A stretch of 32,000 bases of DNA from Burkholderiales bacterium (GTDB lineage Bacteria > Pseudomonadota > Gammaproteobacteria > Burkholderiales > JAEUOS01). Location: positions 33,033 through 65,032 of the forward strand of contig JANLTH010000107.1 of NCBI GenBank assembly GCA_031362865.1, in the 5' to 3' direction. Below are positions 31,906 through 32,000 of this stretch, one piece after another. The number at the start of each line of letters is the position of its first letter. The first letter of the stretch is position 1. The translations under genes and the position numbers were made by a program. A model generated the notes under the pieces. It was not told the DNA's origin. It saw only the letters and a list, made by a program, of their open reading frames with translations, and searched no databases.

Positions 31906-32000
31906 CGGCGCTGCCTGAAGAGGCGCTCTGGATGGCACTCTTCAGCCATTAGTACCTGAAAACCAGCCACTGACAAGCGTCTTGAGGGAGTGCCATTGAT

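Overview
High-GC proteobacterial chromosome segment. It looks Burkholderiales-like, but that taxonomy is only inferred from gene content and composition. Hairpin and repeat coordinates were counted by hand and may be off by 1-2 nt.

Left part (1-19.1 kb):
- the 3' portion of an RND efflux pump gene
- a receptor-type Ser/Thr kinase fused to a PhnD-like periplasmic binding domain
- a Tat-exported YHYH protein
- a thioredoxin-fold gene translationally coupled to ppc
- a hemC-hemD-hemX operon ending in a truncated hemY
- a BASS transporter and a secreted catalase-related protein
- a coupled GGT-like / acyl-CoA synthetase pair
- a CarF/TMEM189-like desaturase
- tRNA-Thr(CGU), a secreted alpha/beta hydrolase and tRNA-Ser(CGA)

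Centre (19162-27504), the stand-out feature: a lower-GC insertion of about 8.3 kb. It is bounded by a perfect 24-bp direct repeat identical to the 3' end of tRNA-Ser. It carries a complete filamentous-phage (inovirus-like) gene set: Rep_trans-type initiator, gV-position ORF, major coat, pIII-like, pVI-like and Zot/pI ATPase. It has no secretin. Its lysogeny module is a small serine (resolvase-type) recombinase plus an HTH regulator whose ORF runs through attL. The architecture resembles the Ralstonia phiRSM group. The prophage also holds a 19-codon hydrophobic micro-ORF coupled to the pIII-like gene and two heavily structured non-coding regions.

Right part (27.5-32 kb): five tightly packed genes (SDR, PaaI thioesterase, MDR NADP-oxidoreductase, class II aldolase, SDR).

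No CRISPR arrays, rRNA genes or transposases were seen.
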